DNA of 38,658 nucleotides from a bacterium (GTDB lineage Bacteria > Muiribacteriota > UBA6191): NCBI GenBank assembly GCA_036339875.1, contig JAYZAC010000159.1, forward strand, positions 1-38,658, written 5' to 3'. A program made the position numbers and the translations under genes. Of the stretch, positions 27,440-36,925 are shown piece after piece. The notes beneath the pieces were generated by a model that worked only from the letters and a program-made list of their open reading frames with translations, had not been told where the DNA came from and searched no databases. Position 1 is the first letter of the stretch. Each line of letters starts with the position of its first letter.

Positions 27440-29006
27440 ACTGAACTACTTGAGAATTACATAAACCAACCCTGTCACAAAGACTAACTTTCATATTTTT
27501 ACAGGGCTTATTAACCCATAACCAGCGACGATCACTATCCCACTCAACATAACGATCTTGCTTGCCACACATCGCTTTGATTGACTCATTATCCAGACCA
27601 CTGCCCTTGTCTCCAGCTCGGATGTAATAACGTATTTTTCGTTTACCTGACAAAGTTCTTATTTTTTTACTGATCCAAGGGTTTTGCTTATCCGGTAGTA
27701 GTTTAAGATGCTGCGCTCCACTTAAATCAATCTGAATATTATTTGACTTTCTTTTAAATGCCATAGGACCCGATAAGTTAGCCCAGTATTGCGATTTATA
27801 TAATGGCAGAATTAAATGTGCTGGTCTGGTAAAAAAGAGTCCAGGAGGTCCAACTCTTATTTGTGGAGAACCTTCATTTTTCCATTCTAGTTCAACTTCA
27901 TCTAAACGAGAACTAAACTTTGTATTAAAGACAAGGCGTGCAGGTCCTGATTCAAGAATGAATTTTTTAGCACTTCCAAGTTCCATCCACTCTGGTTTTG
28001 GTCTGGGAATACTTTGGCTTAATACTCTGACTGGAATTGTCTGGAAGCTACGATTTCCGAAATAATCCCATATCTCGAGTTTTAAGGTATGATCACCCGC
28101 ATCCATCCATCCATTATTAAAATGTTTTTTTATAAATGGACTTTCTTGAGGATAATCACGATACATTTTATACGTGAATCGAGTTGGTCCAAAACCAGTA
28201 AATTCTGATAAATAATGCATGGAACTATGATAATTTCTGGGAAAACGTACTTCATCCATATGAGCTTCAAAAAGTATTTTTTCACCCTTTTTCAAAAGTG
28301 CGTAAGGCACATTACAGCGGGCATAATCTGATTTCACTCGATCGTACATTTGTACCGCAATAGCGAGTGGCTCGATAAATACTAATGGCTTATCAATTGA
28401 CCGACTAAGTTGTTCTGGAGAGACACTTAAACGTACTTTGCCTGTCTCTGGTTGCACAAAATGTATTTTTTCAATCACAGGTGCGAATTTCTCTTTGAAC
28501 TGGGGCAAGATAATTGAGTCCATACTACTTTGAGACATATTTTTTCGAATTTCAAAATGTAGATGAGGTAGTCCTGCGCCACTTTCGCCACTGAAACCAA
28601 GAATTTCTCCTTTGCCAATTGCTAGTTTAATTTTTGGAAAGATATCAAAGAAGCGTTTTTTAGGGATGAGGTTTTGAATAGAATCCGAAAAATCTTCTAA
28701 ATGGGCATAAACACTAACTCGTCCATCTGAATGTTTGAGATATACTGCTCGACCTTCAGATCGATACTTACTCTTAATTCGCAAAACTATTCCATCTTCT
28801 GCAGCGTAAACAGGCCAGCCAGTTGTTTGTTGAGTGGATACATCTATCCCGGCGTGCAAGTGAGGACCGCGAAATTCTCCCGGAGATGCAGTTAGAATGA
28901 GAGGAAAAGGAAGAAGGAAATGATTGGAATCAACAGCAGGGCATATACCAATAAATATGAAGAAGGCTGATATTGTGAGATATTTTAATTTATCTCCTTC
29001 AAGCAA
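27411..29006 (-). CDS. M23-family metallopeptidase (exported, with beta-rich C-terminal region)
   Basis: Motifs GEFR..HLHAGID (HxxxD), VYAHL and GESG..LPHLHFEIR (HxH). Confidence 0.88.
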   Translation of the reverse strand: MLEGDKLKYLTISAFFIFIGICPAVDSNHFLLPFPLILTASPGEFRGPHLHAGIDVSTQQTTGWPVYAAEDGIVLRIKSKYRSEGRAVYLKHSDGRVSVYAHLEDFSDSIQNLIPKKRFFDIFPKIKLAIGKGEILGFSGESGAGLPHLHFEIRKNMSQSSMDSIILPQFKEKFAPVIEKIHFVQPETGKVRLSVSPEQLSRSIDKPLVFIEPLAIAVQMYDRVKSDYARCNVPYALLKKGEKILFEAHMDEVRFPRNYHSSMHYLSEFTGFGPTRFTYKMYRDYPQESPFIKKHFNNGWMDAGDHTLKLEIWDYFGNRSFQTIPVRVLSQSIPRPKPEWMELGSAKKFILESGPARLVFNTKFSSRLDEVELEWKNEGSPQIRVGPPGLFFTRPAHLILPLYKSQYWANLSGPMAFKRKSNNIQIDLSGAQHLKLLPDKQNPWISKKIRTLSGKRKIRYYIRAGDKGSGLDNESIKAMCGKQDRYVEWDSDRRWLWVNKPCKNMKVSLCDRVGLCNSQVVQFANERNKDD

Positions 29007-30768
29007 GACTTACCCTATTACGACCAGTTTGCTTGCTTTTATATAAGGCTCCATCAGCTTTTTCGATAAGTTCTTGAGATGATTTGGCATCATCAGGAAA
29101 AGTTGCAACTCCAAAACTCATAGTCACCTTTCGAGGTAGGCCAGACATAGAGTCTAATTTAGTCTCTGCTAATTCGCGTATTCTATTAGCTAAACTAAAA
29201 GCACCATCTTTCGATGTTTCAGGTAGAAGTATGGCAAACTCTTCTCCACCAATCCTAGCAACCATATCAATATTGTCTCTAGCTTCCTCTAACATAATTT
29301 TGGCAGCCATACGAATCACAGAATCTCCCTGAACGTGCCCATAATGGTCGTTAACTGATTTAAAGTTATCGATGTCAGCGTAAATTATCGAAAAAGTTAA
29401 CGAGTAGCGCAGTGACTGTTGAACCATATCGATTAAGCGATCCTCAAAGTACTTTTTTATGAAAACTTCAGTCAAACCATCAGTGATAGCCATATTGTAA
29501 AGTTGTGAGTTCTCAATGGAGCGCGCGACCAGACTTGCTAACGAAACTAATAAGTTCTGATCATTCTGATCAAAATCTCCCGTTTTTTTATTTAAAACAT
29601 TTATCACGCCGATAGCTTGATTTTCAATAAGAAGTGGTACGCAGAGGAGATTAAAGATGCGAGTCTCAGAGTCGCTATCCTTGGGCTTGAATAATGGATC
29701 CTCAAAACCTTTATTAGAGATGTAAGGTTCTTGTGTTGAGTAAACTCTACCTGCAATTCCTTCACCTAACTGAATACGGACCGTTCCTCGGACTTCTACT
29801 TGTTTGCCTCTAACAATTCTTGGCACTAAACCTTTTTCTTTGACGTCTGCGAGTAGTAATGAGCCCCAGCTAGCATCCAAAGCATAAACTGCTTGATCCA
29901 TCATATATTCAAGAACTTCATTACTATAGCACTTACTATTCATTTTTAATGCGGCATCCATTAATGTCTGAAGTTCGTATACTTTTCGATCCAGAGAGGT
30001 ATTGGATTCCTTAAGATTATTAATATTGGATTGAATGGTAAAAGCCATTTCGGATAAACTTTCTTTTAGCATTTTCTCTTCCATGAAAGAGTGCTTATTA
30101 TCAGGAATTTGAAAGTTTCCATGGGTGATTTGTCTAGCTAGTGTAACCATGTCTTGCAGAGGTTGTGTTGCTTGTATCGCCAATACTGAAATTGCTGCAA
30201 ATCCAAATATGAACGCAGTTATAAAAATACCTAATAAAAGTGCCTGTAAGTCCTCACGGGCAGCATTAATAAAATCTTCTTTAAGACCAACATTAACTAC
30301 TCCGTAAAAGCGCTTAATTGTTGAGATTTTAATTGGATATATTACCTCAATTATATTTTCTCGTTCCCGTTGTGGAATTATGAATTTAGAATTTTCTGCT
30401 TTTCCCGCCTCGAATTCTTTGCGCCAAGTACTTACCGATTTCAAAAAAAAGCGAGTTCCAACTCTGGACGGATCTGTATGAGCTAAACAAATTCCCTCTC
30501 GATCCAAAATATAAGCATACTCAACATCTACAGATTCTACACCTCGTTTCAATAAGGCAGGTAGTAATTCAAAATTGTTGGTTAAAATCGGATCCCTTGC
30601 TCCTGTGGCAATAGCTCGCGTGATGACTTTAGCATTCTGAAGAATTAATCGTTCCAGCGCTTGATCCTGATTCCAGCCAACTATAAGGGCTGTACATATG
30701 GAAATTAATCCAATAAGTACGACAAATCCGAGAGTAATTTTTTGAAAAAAACCAAGATTATTTAACAT
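28999..30768 (-). CDS. Membrane diguanylate cyclase (extracytoplasmic sensor-HAMP-GAF-GGDEF)
   Basis: Two TM segments; HAMP; GAF (GEGIAG...LCVPL..IGVINVLNK...DFDQND); TDGLT, DIDNFKSVND.YGH.QGD and ARIGGEEF. Confidence 0.92.
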   Translation of the reverse strand: MLNNLGFFQKITLGFVVLIGLISICTALIVGWNQDQALERLILQNAKVITRAIATGARDPILTNNFELLPALLKRGVESVDVEYAYILDREGICLAHTDPSRVGTRFFLKSVSTWRKEFEAGKAENSKFIIPQRERENIIEVIYPIKISTIKRFYGVVNVGLKEDFINAAREDLQALLLGIFITAFIFGFAAISVLAIQATQPLQDMVTLARQITHGNFQIPDNKHSFMEEKMLKESLSEMAFTIQSNINNLKESNTSLDRKVYELQTLMDAALKMNSKCYSNEVLEYMMDQAVYALDASWGSLLLADVKEKGLVPRIVRGKQVEVRGTVRIQLGEGIAGRVYSTQEPYISNKGFEDPLFKPKDSDSETRIFNLLCVPLLIENQAIGVINVLNKKTGDFDQNDQNLLVSLASLVARSIENSQLYNMAITDGLTEVFIKKYFEDRLIDMVQQSLRYSLTFSIIYADIDNFKSVNDHYGHVQGDSVIRMAAKIMLEEARDNIDMVARIGGEEFAILLPETSKDGAFSLANRIRELAETKLDSMSGLPRKVTMSFGVATFPDDAKSSQELIEKADGALYKSKQTGRNRVSLA

Positions 30769-31633
30769 ATCTCACCATTTGCCGTAAAGCCTCATAATTA
30801 TCTTTTGTTACCTTCTGAAAACCTGTTAGGTTTGGTATTTCATCCAAGGATGAATCACTGGTATCTAAACTAAAGTTTATAAATGCCATTCGTATTGATT
30901 CGACCCAGAGGCCTTTATAGTTAGGATGAATCACGATAGGCTCATTGTGAATGAAGGCGGTTTTACCTAGAATTCTAAATTTTTCTGAGTATTGTTTTAA
31001 CGATTCTTCCTTCAAAATACCATCATAAGCAGCCCCTGCATCAAATTGTTTAGCCAAGATTGAGTATGCTACTGTTGAATGTTTATCCAAGAAGGCGAAC
31101 TCAGAAAAAGAATCAGTATCTATTCCCTTCGAGCGTAGTAAAGCTAATGGAAAAATATACCCTGAACTAGAAGTTCGCGATACGAAAGCAAATCGTTTTC
31201 CTCTCAAATCTTCAAAGGTTTTAATTTCAGTATCTTGGTGAACAAGAATTTGTCCTCTGTAAGAACTTCTACCTGACCATTCTGGACAGACCAATGGTTC
31301 GGCCCATTCTTTCTGTTTGGCGAAGAATACAGATCCCAGCCAAGCTAAATGAACTTCCTCTTTTTTTAATGCATCATAAACTTGTTCATAATCTAGGTAT
31401 AATTTAAACTCCACATCCTCTAAATTGAGAGTTTTTTGAAGATATCTTGCAAGGGGTTCATGCGAAACTAAAACCATTTCTGGTGAATTGTAGGCTACGC
31501 GCCCGATGAAAAGTTTACTTGGAACTTTAGTTGGATTAGCTTCTATTTTGAGACAGGCTAGGCTTACGTAGAATATCAAGATAAATAAGAGTCGAGATTC
31601 ATGACTGTTCATTACAGTCGTGAAGTATATCAT
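30758..31633 (-). CDS. PhnD/SsuA-type phosphate/phosphite/phosphonate-binding periplasmic protein
   Basis: Motifs PLARYL...L, YRGQILV, DLRGKRFAFVSRTSSSGYIFP, and H..VAYSIL..QFDAGA. The real start may be ATG31612. Confidence 0.85.
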   Translation of the reverse strand: MIYFTTVMNSHESRLLFILIFYVSLACLKIEANPTKVPSKLFIGRVAYNSPEMVLVSHEPLARYLQKTLNLEDVEFKLYLDYEQVYDALKKEEVHLAWLGSVFFAKQKEWAEPLVCPEWSGRSSYRGQILVHQDTEIKTFEDLRGKRFAFVSRTSSSGYIFPLALLRSKGIDTDSFSEFAFLDKHSTVAYSILAKQFDAGAAYDGILKEESLKQYSEKFRILGKTAFIHNEPIVIHPNYKGLWVESIRMAFINFSLDTSDSSLDEIPNLTGFQKVTKDNYEALRQMVRYVK

Positions 31634-31673
31634 TCTTGAAGGCTCAGCATTATGAAACCATTTTCAAAGAAGT

Positions 31674-31961
31674 TTAGAATCTATCCATTCCAACACTATT
31701 ATTAACTAGTTGGCCAGTTCTGATACAGACTCTAACGGTAAAAAAAGGTACAAAATAATTGGGATACTCATCTTTATAAGGATGATTTTCTATGTCTTTA
31801 ATACCAAAATGTGCCCATGCACCTTCTCGTAAAATATTTTCAAATAGCTCTCTGGCAGACTTGCCTTGAATCTCTGATTCCATCTCGAGAAGGGTCAGGA
31901 CATTTACTGGTAAAATTTCGGCGAAATTATCAAAATCTATACTCACATTTATACCTTTCAA
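31674..31961 (-). CDS. Small hypothetical protein
   Basis: 95-aa ORF with a TTG start filling the gap between two genes; no motif recognised. Confidence 0.5.
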   Translation of the reverse strand: MKGINVSIDFDNFAEILPVNVLTLLEMESEIQGKSARELFENILREGAWAHFGIKDIENHPYKDEYPNYFVPFFTVRVCIRTGQLVNNSVGMDRF

Positions 31962-32038
31962 AGTTTGAGCTATAGCAATATGCTTTTTGTTAAATGAAAT
32001 TTCAAGCTCAATTGTACGTGAGTAAGGAATGACATATC

Positions 32039-33601
32039 ATGTTTATGGTTAACATTATTAAGGAATCGCTATTGATTTTAAGCATTAAAGAAGTTCTCAG
32101 TTCGACTTTGAGTGTTATTTGTTCAGGTGATAAGTTTAATGCCATAACTGAAGCTTTGGGTGCGATCTTAAATTTTATTCGGATTCGCGAAAATACAGTT
32201 ATTCATTTGGTATACGTCGAAAATGGTTACTCAACGGATTTTTTATTTCATAATTTCAAGTTACCTGCAAAGGTCGAGAATAACAAACTGAGCCTGACTT
32301 TGGGTTCAGATAATGAAGGTATTGAGCACTTTGAAAGCGATCATGTTCCGTTTGCAGATATTTGTAGAGAGTCAGAAGTAAAGTACCCCTCTTACTTAAT
32401 CATAAATGGTGTTTTTTATTTTTTTATATGGCATCAACAGGAGTTGATTGCTGCCGCTAAAGTTGAAGATATTGAATGCGATCTAATTGATCCTGAGCTT
32501 GCTGAAATGATTGAGGCAATAGCTCAGTTTCTAAGCTTCAGTCTACAAAATTTAAACAACGACTTTAAGTTACTTATACTGAAAAAGCAATTGGAGAAAC
32601 AGCAGCAAGAAATTATTGAGGATAAACGAACGATTGAGAGACAAAATAAGATTTTGAGATCTCTCATGGAGGCAATGACAAGACTTGATAAAGCAGATCT
32701 TGAAGATGTTTTTAATTATTGTCTTATGCAGCTTAAAGGTCTTTTTCCAGAAATGGGTTTTGGTTTAATTATAGATGGTGAGAGAGAAGGAATAGTTCAA
32801 TGGGCTTGCTTTATTGGTATTTCGGATATAGATCAAGAACTGGCTGTAGATGCTAGCAGTCACTTGAAAGGACCAGCAACCTTAGAGTTTTTACCTGGTG
32901 GAGCTGCTAATGATAAAGCCGGATTGTTCTGGAGTGTCCTGCCAATGAAGGGTCAACAAAAGCGTGTTATCGGTAAATTGTTGATCAAAGGATGTGAGCT
33001 TCAAACAGAGAGTAAGGATATTATTAGTCTATTTCTAGATCAATTATCAGCTTACACTGAAAACAAACTTTTAATAGGTGAACTTGAACGAATTGCTAAC
33101 ACCGATGGACTAACCGGTACCTTTAATCGTTCCTATTTCACTCGAGAATTAGAGCGTATCATTCAGAATGCAGAGCGTTTTCAAAAACTTCATTTTTCTA
33201 TCTTTTTAATTGATCTCAACGGACTCAAGCGAGTGAATGATCAATATGGTCACCAACAGGGCGATAACATGATCATTAAGGCTGGTGAAGTACTTCTTAA
33301 AATGTGTCGTAAAAGTGATATTGTATGCCGTTTTGGGGGTGACGAGTATGTGGTTTTGTGTCCCTCCACAAATTTTGATCAGGCATCGATACTAAAGGAG
33401 AGACTTAGGAAACAAGAGCAAGAGACTTTTTTGAGCTGTGAAGATAGTCAAGGTAATACGGAACTCATACCAATTAGAATAAGTATTGGGTTATGTAGTT
33501 CCTCTGAAGGGATTGTTCCCGACAAAGTTCTTGAGACAGCCGATAAAAGAATGTATCAGGACAAAACTAGTTTTTACGAGTCGAATTCGAGGTATCGCTG
33601 A
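32039..33601 (+). CDS. Cytoplasmic diguanylate cyclase (degenerate GAF-like regions, coiled coil, GGDEF)
   Basis: Motifs TDGLTG.FNR, DLNGLKRVND.YGH..GD, RKSDIVCRFGGDEY and ADKRMY.DK. Confidence 0.88.
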   Translation: MFMVNIIKESLLILSIKEVLSSTLSVICSGDKFNAITEALGAILNFIRIRENTVIHLVYVENGYSTDFLFHNFKLPAKVENNKLSLTLGSDNEGIEHFESDHVPFADICRESEVKYPSYLIINGVFYFFIWHQQELIAAAKVEDIECDLIDPELAEMIEAIAQFLSFSLQNLNNDFKLLILKKQLEKQQQEIIEDKRTIERQNKILRSLMEAMTRLDKADLEDVFNYCLMQLKGLFPEMGFGLIIDGEREGIVQWACFIGISDIDQELAVDASSHLKGPATLEFLPGGAANDKAGLFWSVLPMKGQQKRVIGKLLIKGCELQTESKDIISLFLDQLSAYTENKLLIGELERIANTDGLTGTFNRSYFTRELERIIQNAERFQKLHFSIFLIDLNGLKRVNDQYGHQQGDNMIIKAGEVLLKMCRKSDIVCRFGGDEYVVLCPSTNFDQASILKERLRKQEQETFLSCEDSQGNTELIPIRISIGLCSSSEGIVPDKVLETADKRMYQDKTSFYESNSRYR

Positions 33602-33627
33602 GTGGTTTGTATTAGTTAAAAATTAAA

Positions 33628-35112
33628 TCATTCGGATTCTTGAGTAATGTCTTGATGTACTTTGTGTGCCAAGAGTAATCTTTCAAGACACTCTTGTTTG
33701 CCCAAACCTTCTGCAAAAACAAACACCTCAGGACCGCTAGTTGCTCCTGTTAATGCTACTCTAAGTGGCATAAACAATGATTTTCCTTTTATTCCCAAAT
33801 CTTTTTGTGCGGATCGGGTAATACTTCTCAATCCATCAGAACTTAAGGAGTCGAGCCCTTGAAGTTGAGAGACAATAAATCGGAAAAGTCTATTGTTGGA
33901 TTCTATTTTGAGTATATCAGAGCATTCCTGTCCTCTTAGAGTATCGACGGTAGGTCGACTCAAGAAGAAAGAAAGTAACTCTTTAATGTCTTCTGGTTTA
34001 TCTATTTGGTTACGAAGTGTTAGAAGCACTTTGTCTAGAACGCTAGAACTCCAAGATTTTAACTTATCTATATTTGCGTAAGGTTTTACTAATTCCAGAA
34101 ATCGTTGTTCGGGTAAATATTTTTTATGATATTGCGAGTTCATCCAATTAAGTTTTTCCCTATCAAATACCGCTCCTGATTTACTCACTTTCTGTAAACT
34201 AAATTCAGAAACTAACTCCTCCAGATTAAAAAACTCACGGTCGCTGCCAGGATTCCAACCAAGAAGAGCTAAAAAATTAATTAGGGTTTCTTCGCAAAAC
34301 TCCGCTTTGAGAAAATCCTCTACTGCGACATCACCTTGCCTCTTAGATAATTTGCTACGATCAGGATTTAAAATGAGAGGTAGATGGGCAAATGAAGGCG
34401 TTTCCCAGCCAAAGGCTTGGTATAACAGTATGTGTTTCGGGGTACTGGTCACCCATTCTTCGCCACGAATTACATGACTTATATCCATATCATGATCGTC
34501 TACTACATTTGCAAAGTGATAAGTGGGGAATCCATCTGATTTTATGAGTATTTGGTCATCGATTAGATTCGAGTCGAATTCAAGTTGACCACGAACTAAA
34601 TCTGTAAAAACGATCTTTTTATCTTGGGGTACTTTCAATCGAATCACGAAATCTTTACCGTCTTTGAGGTTAGCTTGTACGGTTTCAGGACTCAAGTCGC
34701 GACAATGTTTATCGTACCCTTGAGGTAAGTTTTGTGCTTGTTGTTCTTCTCTAAGTCGAGTTAACCTCTCTGGGGCACAAAAACAGTAATATGCATGGCC
34801 ACTATCTAACAGCTGTTTAACCTTGTTGGCATATAATTGTAATCGTTTACTCTGAAAATAGGGTCCGTTAGAACCATCTCGATATGGACCCTCATCATGC
34901 GGCATACCAAGTTGACTCATTACAGATATAAGGTTTTCTACAGCTCCATCCACTTTACGAGTTTGATCTGTATCTTCTATGCGGAGTATATAGGTTCCGT
35001 CATGTTGTTTTGCGAACAGATAGTTGTAAAGAGCAGTTCTTACTGAACCTAAGTGGACATATCCTGTGGGAGACGGAGCAAAACGGGTGCGAGTAGGCTT
35101 CGTAGATTTCAT
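33628..35112 (-). CDS. gltX: Glutamate--tRNA ligase
   Basis: Motifs RTRFAPSPTG, HLGS (HIGH), LRIEDTD, HVIRGEEW and KLSKR, plus the anticodon-binding domain PLRVALTG. Confidence 0.97.
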   Translation of the reverse strand: MKSTKPTRTRFAPSPTGYVHLGSVRTALYNYLFAKQHDGTYILRIEDTDQTRKVDGAVENLISVMSQLGMPHDEGPYRDGSNGPYFQSKRLQLYANKVKQLLDSGHAYYCFCAPERLTRLREEQQAQNLPQGYDKHCRDLSPETVQANLKDGKDFVIRLKVPQDKKIVFTDLVRGQLEFDSNLIDDQILIKSDGFPTYHFANVVDDHDMDISHVIRGEEWVTSTPKHILLYQAFGWETPSFAHLPLILNPDRSKLSKRQGDVAVEDFLKAEFCEETLINFLALLGWNPGSDREFFNLEELVSEFSLQKVSKSGAVFDREKLNWMNSQYHKKYLPEQRFLELVKPYANIDKLKSWSSSVLDKVLLTLRNQIDKPEDIKELLSFFLSRPTVDTLRGQECSDILKIESNNRLFRFIVSQLQGLDSLSSDGLRSITRSAQKDLGIKGKSLFMPLRVALTGATSGPEVFVFAEGLGKQECLERLLLAHKVHQDITQESE

Positions 35113-35132
35113 AGTTTTCCTGTTAACACACA

Positions 35133-35156
35133 GGCTGATACTACCGAGTAACAGCC
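35133..35156 (-). terminator. Stem-loop between pckA and gltX (possible terminator or processing site)
   Basis: Minus strand GGCTG-T-TACT-cggt-AGTA-T-CAGCC; the downstream U tract is poor (TGTGTGTT). Confidence 0.3.
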
Positions 35157-35179
35157 CAAAAGCTTTAGATTGCTACTAA

Positions 35180-36754
35180 TTAGGACTTTGGAGCCGCGGC
35201 AATGACCTCTTTACTAGCTTGGTCAGCATAACTAGCAAAGTTCTTTTCAAATAAATCTGCGAGCTTCTTTGCAGTTTTAGTAAAAGACGATTTATCACTC
35301 CAAGTATTCACCGGATTCAGTACTTCGGAAGGTACTCCTTGGCAACTCGTTGGGAAACTTAAACCAAATATATCGGTTTCATACTGGACGTCACTCAAGT
35401 TGTTGCCGAGAATAGCGTCGATGATGGCTCTTGTGTACTTGAGATTGAATCTTTCGCCAACACCATAAGCACCTCCAGACCAGCCTGTATTGACCAGCCA
35501 TACTTTAGTATTATTTTTCTTGATCAAATTAGACAAAAGTTGAGCATATTTCATCGGGTGCCACACCATAAATGCTGCTCCGAAGCATGCAGAGAAAGTG
35601 GCTTGTGGTTCAGTTACACCCATTTCAGTACCGGCAACTTTTGCTGTGTAGCCAGAAATGAAGTGGTACATAGCCTGCTCTGGAGTGAGTCTCGATACTG
35701 GCGGCAGCACACCAAAAGCATCACAAGTTAGAAATATTACATTGTTAGGTTGTGCGCCCATACATGGAATTTTTGCATTTTCAATAAAGTCTATAGGATA
35801 GGAAACTCTCGTATTTTCAGTTTTTGAGGTATCACTGTAATCGACAACTTTTGACTTCGAGTCAAAACCCACATTTTCTAAAATTGAGCCAAATCGGATA
35901 GCATCCCAGATTTCTGGTTCTTTATCGCGACTCAAATCAACTGTTTTGGCATAGCAACCGCCCTCAAAATTAAATACTCCATTTTCAGTCCATCCATGTT
36001 CATCATCACCAATTAGTTTTCTCTTTGGGTCAGCTGATAAAGTTGTTTTACCAGTTCCGGACAAACCAAAAAACAGGGCTACATCACCATCAGAGCCTTC
36101 GTTTGCTGAGCAATGCATTGGTAGTGATTCTCGTAATGGAAGCAAATAGTTTAGTATGGTGAAAACGCCTTTTTTCATTTCACCTGCGTACTGAGTACCC
36201 AATATTACAAATTCTTTATCCTTTATGTTTAAGTTCACTGAAGTCTTGGAACTTACACCTTCCACCAGAGAACTAGCATTACATTGCCCAGCATTATAAA
36301 TAACCCAGTCAGGTTCGAACTTTTCAAGTTCAGCTTCGTTAGGGCGAATTAACATATTGTGCATGAATAGTGCATGATAAGCCCTTGCACAAATCACACG
36401 AACTTTAATTCTATAATCGGGGTCCCAGCCAGCATAGCCATCAAGTACGAAAACTCTTTCTTTTGAGTCTAGCCAGTTAATCGCAATATCTTTATTCAAT
36501 TCGAAGCTATCTTCACTAATCGGGATATTAACATCGCCCCACCAAATGTTCTCTCGACTTGATTCCTCGTCTACGAGTCGCTTGTCTTTGGGGCTGCGCC
36601 CTGTTTTCTCGCCAGAGTTAATAAGAAGGGCTCCGCTTGATGCGATTTCGCCATTCTCTAATTTTATTGCTATCTCGTAGGCATTAGATGGAGACAGATT
36701 TCTGAATACTTGAGGTTGTTTAATGCCATACTGATCTAGGTTGATTGTTTTCAA
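35180..36754 (-). CDS. pckA: Phosphoenolpyruvate carboxykinase (ATP)
   Basis: Motifs TGRSPKDK, YAGEMKK, MHCSAN, FFGLSGTGKTTLS, IGDDEHGW and NFEGGCYAK. Likely start TTG36754 after a GGAGGA SD; the ORF track extends to 36844. Confidence 0.96.
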   Translation of the reverse strand: MKTINLDQYGIKQPQVFRNLSPSNAYEIAIKLENGEIASSGALLINSGEKTGRSPKDKRLVDEESSRENIWWGDVNIPISEDSFELNKDIAINWLDSKERVFVLDGYAGWDPDYRIKVRVICARAYHALFMHNMLIRPNEAELEKFEPDWVIYNAGQCNASSLVEGVSSKTSVNLNIKDKEFVILGTQYAGEMKKGVFTILNYLLPLRESLPMHCSANEGSDGDVALFFGLSGTGKTTLSADPKRKLIGDDEHGWTENGVFNFEGGCYAKTVDLSRDKEPEIWDAIRFGSILENVGFDSKSKVVDYSDTSKTENTRVSYPIDFIENAKIPCMGAQPNNVIFLTCDAFGVLPPVSRLTPEQAMYHFISGYTAKVAGTEMGVTEPQATFSACFGAAFMVWHPMKYAQLLSNLIKKNNTKVWLVNTGWSGGAYGVGERFNLKYTRAIIDAILGNNLSDVQYETDIFGLSFPTSCQGVPSEVLNPVNTWSDKSSFTKTAKKLADLFEKNFASYADQASKEVIAAAPKS

Positions 36755-36882
36755 TGAGTCCTCCAAAGAGTTGATTTGTTCCCTTAATGGGCTAGTACTA
36801 GGGAATTCGACCGAAACCCCTATTGTATTACAAGCCAACGTCAATTAATAGGTTTGGACTATTTTTTTATGTATCTCTTACC

Positions 36883-36899
36883 GACTACATAGTGTAGTC
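36883..36899. promoter_or_regulatory. Inverted repeat GACTACA-TAG-TGTAGTC in the divergent pckA/pfkA intergenic region; candidate transcription-factor site
   Basis: Perfect 7-bp arms with a 3-nt spacer, ending 26 nt before the pfkA ATG. Confidence 0.45.
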
Positions 36900-36925
36900 T
36901 AGCTTTGTTACCAAAGGATACTCAA

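Noticed and set aside
28985..29006. Non-canonical start of the M23 gene (AAGGAG followed 5 nt later by in-frame TTA)
   Set aside because: An in-frame TTG at 29006 overlapping the DGC stop is a sufficient explanation; this cannot be resolved without homologues.
36755..36844. Riboswitch in the pckA leader (small hairpins such as GGGGTTTCGGTCGAATTCCC)
   Set aside because: No conserved aptamer motif was recognised; an Rfam/Infernal scan would be needed.
36881..36896. NrdR box reading of the pckA/pfkA palindrome
   Set aside because: It mismatches a conserved position, has a different symmetry centre, and no ribonucleotide reductase gene is adjacent.
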